A DNA stretch of 36,864 bases from Candidatus Methylomirabilales bacterium (GTDB lineage Bacteria; Methylomirabilota; Methylomirabilia; Methylomirabilales; CSP1-5): contig JBHIAD010000001.1 in the NCBI GenBank assembly GCA_046758405.1, positions 1 to 36,864 on the forward strand, written 5' to 3'. The notes beneath the pieces were generated by a model. The model made no database searches, was not told the DNA's origin, and worked only from the letters and a program-made list of their open reading frames with translations. The translations under genes were made by a program, and so were the position numbers. Below, piece by piece: positions 1-7,575 of this stretch (position 1 is the first letter of the stretch; each line of letters begins with the position of its first letter).

Positions 1-622
1 CGGGGACCCGGAAGGCGCCGCGGACGTTTCGCTCACGCTCCTTCCGGCGGCCCGATTGTGGAGGGGTCGGTCGTTCTCTCAGGATTGCACGCGACAGATA
101 GGGGAGCCCGAGCCGGCGGCTCAGCTCCCGGGCGAGGAGCTCGGACTGATTGAAGCCACGCTCACGCAGGCGCTTCCGGTGCAGGGGAACGGCCACGATG
201 GCATCGAGGTCATCGAGAGGGAGGGTCCGGCCCGCCTCCTCGATCATCAGGCTCGCCAATGGTCGCGCGAAAGCTTCCCGCCGCCCGTGTTTCATGAGGA
301 GAAGTGCGGCCCTGAGCGCCCCCTCCCGCTCGTAGCGGCAGGCCGCCCGAGCCAGCAGAAAATGCCGGCGCCGCGTACGGCACGCCTGGCAACGATGGGA
401 TGGGGAGTGGGAGACAGCCGCGGCAGCCGGGAAGGGGCCGCCGCACTTCGCACAGGCAACCGCACCAATCGGCTGGATCGTCTGCCAACAGGGCCCACAG
501 ATGACCCCCCCCGATCCTTGGCCGAGGGGGCGGTGGCAGACATGGCAGGAGCCGGGACAGAAGAACTGCAGGAGTGTGGCCTGGAGCTGAGCCCACCCCC
601 TCGACCAGGCAACCGCTTGCAT
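1..622 (-). CDS. comF: ComF family protein (amidophosphoribosyltransferase-like competence protein); 3' end runs off the window
   Basis: Absent from the ORF track because no stop lies in the window. My own translation of the minus frame from ATG 622-620 stays open to position 1. It reads MQAVAW..LLQFFCPGSCHVCHRPL..VICGPCWQTIQP..CAKCGGPF..CQAC (paired Cys zinc-ribbon motifs), then AVPLHRKRLRERGFNQSELLA, the ComF/PRTase-type signature. Confidence 0.8.
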   Translation of the reverse strand, partial: MQAVAWSRGWAQLQATLLQFFCPGSCHVCHRPLGQGSGGVICGPCWQTIQPIGAVACAKCGGPFPAAAAVSHSPSHRCQACRTRRRHFLLARAACRYEREGALRAALLLMKHGRREAFARPLASLMIEEAGRTLPLDDLDAIVAVPLHRKRLRERGFNQSELLARELSRRLGLPYLSRAILRERPTPPQSGRRKERERNVRGAFRVP

Positions 623-715
623 GCAGCAAGTCCTCCGGCACTTCAGCTCCCCACGGACAGGACCGCAGGGAAGCCCATAGTCCGATGCCGGCGGTTCAGG
701 GACGCTGGGACCCCG

Positions 716-1087
716 CTACTGGTTTTCTTCTTCCTCTTCCTGGCAGGGGACACAGTGTCGGGCAAACGGTAGGGCTTCGAGACGCTTCTCCCCGATCTCC
801 TCCCCGCACTTCTCGCACTTGCCGTAGTTCTTCTGCTTAATCTTGTCGAGGGCGGCATCCACCAGCCGTAAGAGCCGACGCTCGACATCTCCCAGAGAGA
901 GGAGAAACTCCTTCGTGTACGCGTGAGCCGCCTGATCGGCGATGTCCAGCGTCCCACCGGCCGCTTCCATCGTGCTGGCGCTCCGCTCGCGGACCCCACT
1001 CAAGAGCTCGCGCCGCTTATCCTCCAGTCGTTTCTGAAACACCTTCAGCTTGGATGCCCTCACCGGCCCCTCCTCCACAGTGGGCAA
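716..1087 (-). CDS. DksA/TraR family C4-type zinc-finger protein
   Basis: 123 aa. Coiled-coil-like N-terminal part, then C-terminal CEKCGEEIGEKRLEALPFARHCVPC (CxxC-x17-CxxC), typical of DksA/TraR. Confidence 0.8.
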   Translation of the reverse strand: MPTVEEGPVRASKLKVFQKRLEDKRRELLSGVRERSASTMEAAGGTLDIADQAAHAYTKEFLLSLGDVERRLLRLVDAALDKIKQKNYGKCEKCGEEIGEKRLEALPFARHCVPCQEEEEENQ

Positions 1088-1115
1088 TGCGTGATGGGGG
1101 TCTGGCTCGGTCCGC

Positions 1116-2066
1116 TCAATCGAGGCCGTACCGCTTGCGCTTTTCCCATAGGGTCTTCCGATTGATTCCGAGGATGGTGGCCGCCTTGCCCTTGTGCCCG
1201 CGGACCTTGTGCAGGACGCGGCGAATGTACTCGCGCTCCAGCTCCTCCAGCGTCATCCCCTCACCATCCATGAGCCCCTGGACGGGCGCAGACTCAGCCG
1301 TGGGGAGAAAATCCGCACTGAATGGACCGGTCTCCCACAGGATCACCGCGCGCTCGATCACATGTTCCAGCTCACGCACATTCCCCGGCCAGTGGTGCTG
1401 GCGCAAGCGGAAGATCGCCTCAGGAGCGAACCCGGGGATTGCTTTCCCGTACCGCTCGGCGTACCACCGGAGGAAATATTCCGCCAGACGGGGAACATCC
1501 TCAGGGCGCTTCCGGAGCGGCGGCACAGCAATCGGAACGACGTTCAGCCGAAAATACAAATCCTCCCGGAACCGATGTTCCCGGAGGGCTTGCCCCAAAT
1601 CGCGATTGGTGGCGGCGAGGATGCGGACATCCACCCTATGAGTCTTTGTTCCGCCCACGCGTTCGAAGCTTCGCTCTTGAAGCACCCGCAGGAGCTTCGC
1701 CTGCAAGGATGGGGGCATCTCGCCAATTTCGTCGAGAAAAATCGTGCCCCCGTGGGCGAGTTCGAATCGACCCGGCTTCTCTTCGGTCGCGTCGGTGAAA
1801 GCCCCCTTCTCGTGTCCGAAGAGCTCACTCTCAAGGAGGCCTTCCGGCAGTGACGTGCAATCGACCTTGATGAAGGGGCCATCTTGGCGACGGCTCGCTG
1901 CATGGATGGCCCGCGCCAACAGCTCCTTCCCAGTCCCGCTCTCACCAAGCAGGAGGACCGTCGCATCGGTCGGAGCGACCTGGGAGGCAGTCTTCAGGAC
2001 CTCTTGCATCTCGGAGCTATCCCCGATGATGTCCTGAAAGGTGATGGGCGCCTCCGGACCGGACAC
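1116..2066 (-). CDS. Sigma-54-dependent transcriptional activator, AAA+ plus Fis-type HTH only (no receiver or sensor domain)
   Basis: 316 aa. Walker A GESGTGKE, the GAFTDA sigma-54 contact loop, [23 protein letters not shown], and a C-terminal HTH ([25 protein letters not shown]). The AAA+ core begins about 10 residues after the start codon. Confidence 0.85.
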   Translation of the reverse strand: MSGPEAPITFQDIIGDSSEMQEVLKTASQVAPTDATVLLLGESGTGKELLARAIHAASRRQDGPFIKVDCTSLPEGLLESELFGHEKGAFTDATEEKPGRFELAHGGTIFLDEIGEMPPSLQAKLLRVLQERSFERVGGTKTHRVDVRILAATNRDLGQALREHRFREDLYFRLNVVPIAVPPLRKRPEDVPRLAEYFLRWYAERYGKAIPGFAPEAIFRLRQHHWPGNVRELEHVIERAVILWETGPFSADFLPTAESAPVQGLMDGEGMTLEELEREYIRRVLHKVRGHKGKAATILGINRKTLWEKRKRYGLD

Positions 2067-2072
2067 CGCACT

Positions 2073-2441
2073 CTACCTTACGCTATACCCATCGATCCGA
2101 CGTCGCGGCGCATCAGCCCACAGTCGTTCGAGATCGTAATATCGCCGCGTTTCGTGGTCGAAAATATGAATGATCAAGTCATCGTAGTCAAGCAAAATCC
2201 ATTTGCCCTCGGCCTCGCCTTCCCGGTGATGGGGGCGCACGGCCATGGCCCCGAGGCGCTCGCCGATCCGATTCGCGATCGCGCGCACCTGCCGATCCGA
2301 ATCTCCGCTGCAGATGAGGAATTGATCGGTAAAGCTACAGAGCCCTCTCAGGTCCAGGACCACCGGATCCTCCGCTTTGAGCTCCCAGGCAGCATGCACA
2401 GCAACGCCCACGATCGTCTCGAGATCTACCGTCTGTCCCAT
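2073..2441 (-). CDS. rsfS: Ribosome silencing factor RsfS (iojap-like)
   Basis: 122 aa with WILLDYDDLIIHIFDHETRRYYDLERLWADAP, the typical RsfS C-terminal motif. Conserved position after nadD. Confidence 0.85.
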   Translation of the reverse strand: MGQTVDLETIVGVAVHAAWELKAEDPVVLDLRGLCSFTDQFLICSGDSDRQVRAIANRIGERLGAMAVRPHHREGEAEGKWILLDYDDLIIHIFDHETRRYYDLERLWADAPRRRIDGYSVR

Positions 2442-3163
2442 GGCCTCTCTGTGGATCGCGGCTGATGCGCGACGCCCATCGGCTTCGGGCGCTGGTACAG
2501 ACGGTTCTTCGCCATATAGGCCGCCACAGTGTCAGGCACAAGGTACCGGATGCTCCGACCCTCCTCCACCAGCCGGCGGATCTCCCGTGAGGAGATGTCG
2601 AGCGAGACCACCTCGACCAAGAGAACAACGCCTGGCATCGGTGCCCGCTCGGCAATCTCCTTCTCGATCTCCGCGATCTTCAGATAGCGAAAGCGTGGAT
2701 GTCCGAGACCTTCCCGCTGCTCGGCACTGAGCGCTCCCTCCACCTCGTCGAGTCGCCAGCCGGGGCGGGCCGTCACGATCACCTGGGCTACGCGCAGGAT
2801 CTCGACTGCGTCCTTCCACGTGCTCATCTCGAGAAAGGCATCCACCCCCATGATGAAAGAGAGCCGCGTCTCTGGCCCGTAGATCCGGAGGAACTCGCGA
2901 ATTGTTTCGATCGAATAGGATTTGTCCGGACGGTTCAACTCGATGGGCGACACGGTGAAGTAGGGAGTGAAGACCGTCGCCAGAGAGACCATCTCGTAGC
3001 GGTGGATCGCCGCGGCGACGTCCTCCTCTCCCTTATGAGGTGGCCGAGCTGCTGGCACGAAGATGATGTGGTCAAGGCCAAAGGCATAATAGATCTCCTC
3101 AGCCGCCCGGAGATGGCCGAGGTGGATCGGATCGAAGGTCCCCCCCATCACGCCGATCCGCAT
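2426..3163 (-). CDS. nadD: Nicotinate-nucleotide adenylyltransferase
   Basis: MRIGVMGGTFDPIHLGHL (the (H/T)xGH nucleotidyltransferase motif). I chose ATG 3163, which is preceded by GAGGAG with a 6-nt spacer. The track's extra 10 codons (to 3193) lie inside the heptad repeat element. Confidence 0.85.
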   Translation of the reverse strand: MRIGVMGGTFDPIHLGHLRAAEEIYYAFGLDHIIFVPAARPPHKGEEDVAAAIHRYEMVSLATVFTPYFTVSPIELNRPDKSYSIETIREFLRIYGPETRLSFIMGVDAFLEMSTWKDAVEILRVAQVIVTARPGWRLDEVEGALSAEQREGLGHPRFRYLKIAEIEKEIAERAPMPGVVLLVEVVSLDISSREIRRLVEEGRSIRYLVPDTVAAYMAKNRLYQRPKPMGVAHQPRSTERPWDRR

Positions 3164-3180
3164 GACACGCTCCTCGCGTC

Positions 3181-3271
3181 GTTCACGGTTCATGGTTCAC
3201 AGTTCACGGCTGCGGAAACCTCGTATGACGTTGCGCATCTATCCATGAACCATGAACTATGAACCATCAAC
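3181..3271. repeat. Palindromic intergenic element built from GTTCAYR heptads, copy A
   Basis: Left arm: gttcacg gttcatg gttcaca gttcacg (3181-3208). Right arm: catgaac catgaac tatgaac catcaac (3244-3271). Pairing 3187-3209 with 3243-3265 gives a 23-position stem (19 Watson-Crick pairs) around a 33-nt loop. It fills the proA-nadD spacer. Confidence 0.75.
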
Positions 3272-4535
3272 TTGGTATCCGGCGGGAGTCCCGGACCTGT
3301 CCGTCACCGAGCACGATGAACTTCTGACAGGTCAGCTCTGTGATTCCCATCGGCCCGCGAGCATGCAGCTTCTGTGTGCTGATCCCGATCTCGGCTCCCA
3401 TCCCGAACTCGTAGCCGTCCGTGAACCGGGTCGAGGCGTTGACCAACACCGCCCCTGCATCCACTTCCCGGAGGAACCGCATCGCCCGTGCGTGATCCGC
3501 CGTGACGATCGCCTCGGCCAACCCCGAGCCATGGCGGTGAATGTGATGGAGGGCGGCCTCGAAGGACTCGACGACCCTGACGGCCAGAATGAGATCCAAG
3601 TACTCAGCATCCCAGTCGGCCTCCGTCGCGGCAAGGGCCTCCGGCACCAGCCGCCGGGTCTGCGGGCAGCCCCGGAGCTCGACCCCGGCCTCACGGAGCC
3701 GGACTGCAAGCGGCGGGAGGAGTGTGGGGGCAGCGGTCTGGTGAACCAACAGGGTCTCCAGGGCATTACAGACCCCCGGTCGCTCGGTCTTCGCGTTGAC
3801 CACGATGGCCTCAGCCATCACGGGATCAACCACCTCGTCCACATACACGTGACAGATTCCCTGCTCGTGTGCGATGACGGGGATGGTTGCCGTCTCCTTG
3901 ACCAAGCGCACGAGCCCCTTCCCCCCGCGGGGGATCACCAAGTCGATGGAGTGATCCAGGGTCAGCAAGGTCCGCACGGCTTCCCGGTCGGCAGTGGCAA
4001 CGATGCCGACGGCCCCCTTGGGCAGTCCGGCCTTTTCCGCCGCTTGAGCCAGGACTTGGGCGATGGCCCGGTTGCTGCCGATCGCCTCGGAACCCCCTCG
4101 TAGGAGGACCGCGTTGCCCGCCTTGAGACAGAGAGCTGCGACATCCGCGGTGACGTTCGGGCGGGACTCGTAGATCACGGCGATCACTCCGAGAGGAACT
4201 CGCATTCGCCCCACCCAGAGCCCGTTCGGCCGCCGCCGCATGCCCGTCACCTCACCGACGGGATCGGCCAGCGCCGCGGCGGCCTCGATCCCCCGGGCCA
4301 TCTGCTCAATTCGGGCCGACGTCAGCGTGAGTCGGTCCACGAAGGCCGGAGACTTTCGTGCAGCCTGAGCGGCCCGGACATCTTCGACGTTGGCCGCCAT
4401 GATGTCCGTCTGATGGATTCGGAGTCCGGCCGCCATGCCGACCAGGGCCCGGTCCTTGGTTCCCGTGTCAAGCAGGGCCATGGTCCGTGCGGCCTCTTTG
4501 GCCTGGCGGGCGAGTGCCTCCACCTCGTGCATCAC
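3267..4535 (-). CDS. proA: Glutamate-5-semialdehyde dehydrogenase (gamma-glutamyl phosphate reductase)
   Basis: 422 aa, full-length ProA-like sequence (VIYESRPNVT, CNALETLLVH, ASTRFTDG). Start overlaps the proB stop. Confidence 0.95.
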   Translation of the reverse strand: MMHEVEALARQAKEAARTMALLDTGTKDRALVGMAAGLRIHQTDIMAANVEDVRAAQAARKSPAFVDRLTLTSARIEQMARGIEAAAALADPVGEVTGMRRRPNGLWVGRMRVPLGVIAVIYESRPNVTADVAALCLKAGNAVLLRGGSEAIGSNRAIAQVLAQAAEKAGLPKGAVGIVATADREAVRTLLTLDHSIDLVIPRGGKGLVRLVKETATIPVIAHEQGICHVYVDEVVDPVMAEAIVVNAKTERPGVCNALETLLVHQTAAPTLLPPLAVRLREAGVELRGCPQTRRLVPEALAATEADWDAEYLDLILAVRVVESFEAALHHIHRHGSGLAEAIVTADHARAMRFLREVDAGAVLVNASTRFTDGYEFGMGAEIGISTQKLHARGPMGITELTCQKFIVLGDGQVRDSRRIPS

Positions 4536-5677
4536 CGCCGCTCCGATCTGGGGTTCAAGACGACCAGATTATCCCGATGGATGACTTCATCCGAGTGGCG
4601 ATAGCCCAGGACCTTCTCGATCTCCCCGGTTCGCCGCCCTTTGATCCGTTCCACCTCGTCCGCGCTGTAGTTGGCGAGACCACGGCCAAATTCGGCCCCG
4701 TCCGGTCCCACGAGGGCGACCACATCGCCGATCCCGAATGGGCGTTCCGAGCCCCGCACCCCCGACGGCAACAGGCTCCGTCCCTCGAGGATGAGCGCCC
4801 GCTTCGCCCCCTCATCCACTCGGATCGTCCCTTTCGGCCGGCTCGCCACGGCAAGCCACCGCTTGCGCCCACCCATCCGCGAGCGTCGCGGGACAAAGAG
4901 GGTGCCCAGCGGCTCGCCGGCCATGAGACAAGTGAGCACGTGCGGAGCGTGGCCGTTGGCAATGATGGTCGGGATCCCCGACGACACGGCAAGCTGAGCC
5001 GCTTCAACCTTCGAGTCCATCCCCCCGATGCCGATCACCGAACGGGTCGGCCCCGCCCCAAATCCCCTGAGTCCCTCCTCTCCCTCGACGAGGGGGATGA
5101 GTTGGGCCTGAGGGTCGGACCGAGGGTCCGCGGTGTACAACCCATCCTGGTCGGTCAGAATCACCAGGAGATCGGCATCGACGAGCGACGCAACGAGGGC
5201 GGAGAGTGTATCGTTGTCTCCGAACTTGATCTCCTCCACTGCCACCGTGTCATTCTCGTTGATGACGGGCAGGACCTTGAGCTCAAGCAGCGTGAACAGT
5301 GTGTTACGGGCGTTGAGGTAGCGCGCTCGGTCTCTCGTGTCCTCCTGGGTCAACAGGACCTGGGCCACATGCCGGCCCCTCGGATGGAAGGCCTCATCAT
5401 AGGTCGCGATCAAGGCCCCCTGGCCGACGGCGGCAACTGCCTGCTTGAGAGGAATGCTCTGGGGTCGCTCCACCAGGCCGAGCTTCCCCATCCCGGCCAT
5501 GATCGCCCCGGAAGAGACCAGGACTACCTGCAGGCGCTGCTCCATGAGGGCAGTGATCTCCACCGCCAGGATCTCGATCATCGCCCGGTCAATGGTGAAA
5601 GTTCCGTGGGACAGAACCCCGGAGCCCACCTTGACCACAAGGCGCCGGACCCCTTTCAGCAGTTCAGTGCGATCCAT
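4532..5677 (-). CDS. proB: Glutamate 5-kinase
   Basis: 381 aa. N-terminal RLVVKVGSGVLS amino-acid kinase motif and a C-terminal PUA-like region. Located between obg and proA. Confidence 0.95.
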   Translation of the reverse strand: MDRTELLKGVRRLVVKVGSGVLSHGTFTIDRAMIEILAVEITALMEQRLQVVLVSSGAIMAGMGKLGLVERPQSIPLKQAVAAVGQGALIATYDEAFHPRGRHVAQVLLTQEDTRDRARYLNARNTLFTLLELKVLPVINENDTVAVEEIKFGDNDTLSALVASLVDADLLVILTDQDGLYTADPRSDPQAQLIPLVEGEEGLRGFGAGPTRSVIGIGGMDSKVEAAQLAVSSGIPTIIANGHAPHVLTCLMAGEPLGTLFVPRRSRMGGRKRWLAVASRPKGTIRVDEGAKRALILEGRSLLPSGVRGSERPFGIGDVVALVGPDGAEFGRGLANYSADEVERIKGRRTGEIEKVLGYRHSDEVIHRDNLVVLNPRSERR

Positions 5678-6695
5678 CGCTCCCCCCTACCGCCGCCATA
5701 CCCTGGAGGAGACGCCCCTCGAGGTGAGCGACCAAGGCCTCCAGCCCCTCCCCGGTTCGCGCCGAAACCGGAAAACAGGCCAGGCCCTGCTGGCGGCACA
5801 GATCCTCCAATCGACTGAAATTTCCTGCGTCGGGGAGATCCACTTTGTTCCCCACCACCAATCGGGGGAGTGAAGCCACCTGACCCCCGTAGGCTTCGAG
5901 TTCATGGGCCACGGCCCCATACGCGGCCACCGGGTCCCCTCCTGCACTGACGTCCAGAATGAAGAGGATCAATCGCACCCGCTCGATGTGCCGCAGGAAC
6001 TGATGGCCGAGCCCCGCGCCTTCGGCGGCTCCCTCGATCAGACCCGGGACGTCGGCCAGCGTCACGCGCCGTGTCGAACCGAATTCCAGAACGCCAAGGT
6101 TTGGGACGAGGGTCGTGAAGGGATAGTCAGCGATCTTTGGACGCGCCGCAGTCAGCGCCTGCAGGAGGGTTGATTTGCCGGCATTCGGCGGCCCGACGAG
6201 GCCAACGTCGGCAAGGAGTTTGAGCTCGAGCCGAAGGACCCGTTCCTCGCCCGGCTTCCCATCCTCAGCCTCGCGCGGGGCTTGGTTCGTCGGGGTGGCA
6301 AGTCGGGCATTGCCCCGTCCACCCCGCCCTCCGCGGGCCGCCAGGACACACGCTCCTTCCTGATCGAGATCCGCCAGGACCTCGCCGGCTTCGTCGTCGA
6401 GCACCACGGTCCCGATGGGGACCCGAATCACCAGGTCAGCCCCATCCTTCCCGCGGCGGTTCTTCCCGCTCCCATGGGCCCCCCGCTGAGCCCGGTAGGA
6501 TCGTCGGTACTTCTGATCGAGAAGGGTCGCGACTGAGGAAGAGGCCTCCACAAGGATATGACCCCCGCGACCGCCGTCTCCCCCGCTCGGCCCACCCCGA
6601 GGCACGAACTTCTCACGTCGGAAGGCGATGCAGCCATGTCCACCGTCTCCCGCCCTCACCGTAATGCGGGCCACATCGACGAACACGATGAACAC
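5664..6695 (-). CDS. obg: GTPase Obg/CgtA
   Basis: 343 aa. Gly-rich Obg fold (RAGDGGHGCIAFRREKFVPRGGPSGGDGGRGG), then GTPase motifs GPPNAGKST, DVPGLIEGA and NKVD. Confidence 0.95.
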   Translation of the reverse strand: MFIVFVDVARITVRAGDGGHGCIAFRREKFVPRGGPSGGDGGRGGHILVEASSSVATLLDQKYRRSYRAQRGAHGSGKNRRGKDGADLVIRVPIGTVVLDDEAGEVLADLDQEGACVLAARGGRGGRGNARLATPTNQAPREAEDGKPGEERVLRLELKLLADVGLVGPPNAGKSTLLQALTAARPKIADYPFTTLVPNLGVLEFGSTRRVTLADVPGLIEGAAEGAGLGHQFLRHIERVRLILFILDVSAGGDPVAAYGAVAHELEAYGGQVASLPRLVVGNKVDLPDAGNFSRLEDLCRQQGLACFPVSARTGEGLEALVAHLEGRLLQGMAAVGGSDGSH

Positions 6696-6711
6696 GCTGC
6701 TGGCGGTCGCG

Positions 6712-6972
6712 CTACGACGCGAGGGGAACGATGCTCACGAACCGCCCGCGCCCTCCCCGCTCTTGAATCGCGACCTTCCCCGCAATCTTAGCATACAGGG
6801 TATCATCCCTGCCGATGCCCACATGCCAGCCTGGCTTCAATCGGGTCCCCCGCTGACGGACCAGGATCGCCCCCCCTACCACCACTTGACCGGCAAAACA
6901 CTTCATGCCGAGACGCTTCCCCCGACTGTCCCGGCCGTTCCGTGAGCTGCCGACTCCCTTCTTGTGCGCCAT
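6712..6972 (-). CDS. rpmA: 50S ribosomal protein L27
   Basis: [24 protein letters not shown]..., the canonical L27 N-terminus. 86 aa. Confidence 0.95.
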   Translation of the reverse strand: MAHKKGVGSSRNGRDSRGKRLGMKCFAGQVVVGGAILVRQRGTRLKPGWHVGIGRDDTLYAKIAGKVAIQERGGRGRFVSIVPLAS

Positions 6973-6982
6973 CCTCTCCCCC

Positions 6983-7064
6983 GTTCATGGTGAATGGTTC
7001 ACAGTTCATGGCGCACGACTCCACGAGCCCTCCGCTGCAAACCGTGAACCCTGAACTATGAACC
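6983..7064. repeat. Palindromic intergenic element built from GTTCAYR heptads, copy B (inverted relative to copy A)
   Basis: Left arm: gttcatg gtgaatg gttcaca gttcatg (6983-7010). Right arm: cgtgaac cctgaac tatgaac (7043-7063). The reverse complement of copy B aligns with copy A through both the arms (20/23 in the best arm) and the loop (GCGGA..CTCGT..GCGC). It fills the rplU-rpmA spacer and overlaps the rplU stop codon. Confidence 0.75.
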
Positions 7065-7373
7065 TCCGATGATCTCCTCAATCTGGAGACGGGTTAACTC
7101 CTGCCGATGTCCGATCGTCCTTCGGTACTTTTCGCGGCGCCGAAACTTGAAGACGGTCACCTTCGTTCCACGCCCCTGGGTCAGGATCTTCGCCCGAACC
7201 CTGGCTCCCGCGATGAGGGGGGTGCCGATCCGGATCGCCTGCTCGTCGTTCAGGGCGAGGACCCGGTCCAGGTACACCGTGTCGCCGATCCCCCCCAGGA
7301 GGCGCTCGACTGTCACGACCTCCCCCGGGGCCACCCGGTACTGCTTCCCGCCGGTCTCAACCACTGCGTACAC
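7056..7373 (-). CDS. rplU: 50S ribosomal protein L21
   Basis: (GTG start) YAVVETGGKQYRV..., the canonical L21 N-terminus. 105 aa. Preceded by GGGAGGAGG. Confidence 0.95.
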   Translation of the reverse strand: MYAVVETGGKQYRVAPGEVVTVERLLGGIGDTVYLDRVLALNDEQAIRIGTPLIAGARVRAKILTQGRGTKVTVFKFRRREKYRRTIGHRQELTRLQIEEIIGGS

Positions 7374-7419
7374 CAGTCCGCCTCCTCCCAGTTCGCTATG
7401 TCCGCGGAAACAAAATGTT

Positions 7420-7449
7420 TTTATAACACGGCGGTCAGGGTCGTGTCAA
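7420..7449 (-). promoter_or_regulatory. Sigma-70-type promoter candidate for the rplU operon
   Basis: Minus strand: TTGACA (7449-7444), an 18-nt spacer, then TATAAA (7425-7420). Lies about 47 nt upstream of the rplU start in a locally AT-richer stretch. Confidence 0.5.
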
Positions 7450-7575
7450 TCACCACCGTTCAGGCCAACCCTGCGGCGACGATTCCTTACAATCTCGATC
7501 GAGACCGACACCGCTTGACGAGAATCCCGCGCACCGTTACCCCGGAAAGAGGCAGCGCAGCCAGCGTGCGACAGA

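Noticed and set aside
505-512. Apparent frameshift in comF at a C8 (G8 on the minus strand) homopolymer
   Set aside because: I first miscounted the run as 7 nt, which split the N-terminal zinc ribbon from the rest. With the actual 8 nt, the frame is continuous from ATG 622 (..RPLGQGSGGVICGPCW..), so no frameshift is needed.
56-772. 238-aa plus-strand ORF and the minus-strand ORFs 210..641 and 292..612 at the window start
   Set aside because: The third minus frame, which is not in the track, encodes a clear ComF protein across 1-622. The listed ORFs are its antisense and off-frame shadows.
3164-3193. 10-codon N-terminal extension of nadD (MNRERREERV) given by the ORF track
   Set aside because: These codons are the reverse complement of the GTTCAYR heptad repeat arm. 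ATG 3163 has a proper GAGGAG RBS and yields the canonical MRIGVMGGTFDP start.
4487-5818. 443-aa plus-strand ORF. The ORFs at 13576..14898, 15525..16742, 23159..24433 and 25446..26423 are of the same kind.
   Set aside because: All are antisense to strongly supported genes (proB, CoA-transferase, FAD/Fe-S, gltA, SDR). They have low-complexity R/P/G-rich translations and no recognisable motifs.
7493-7504. Perfect 12-nt palindrome TCTCGATCGAGA upstream of the rplU promoter
   Set aside because: About 9 perfect 12-nt palindromes are expected by chance in 37 kb. Nothing else supports an operator here.
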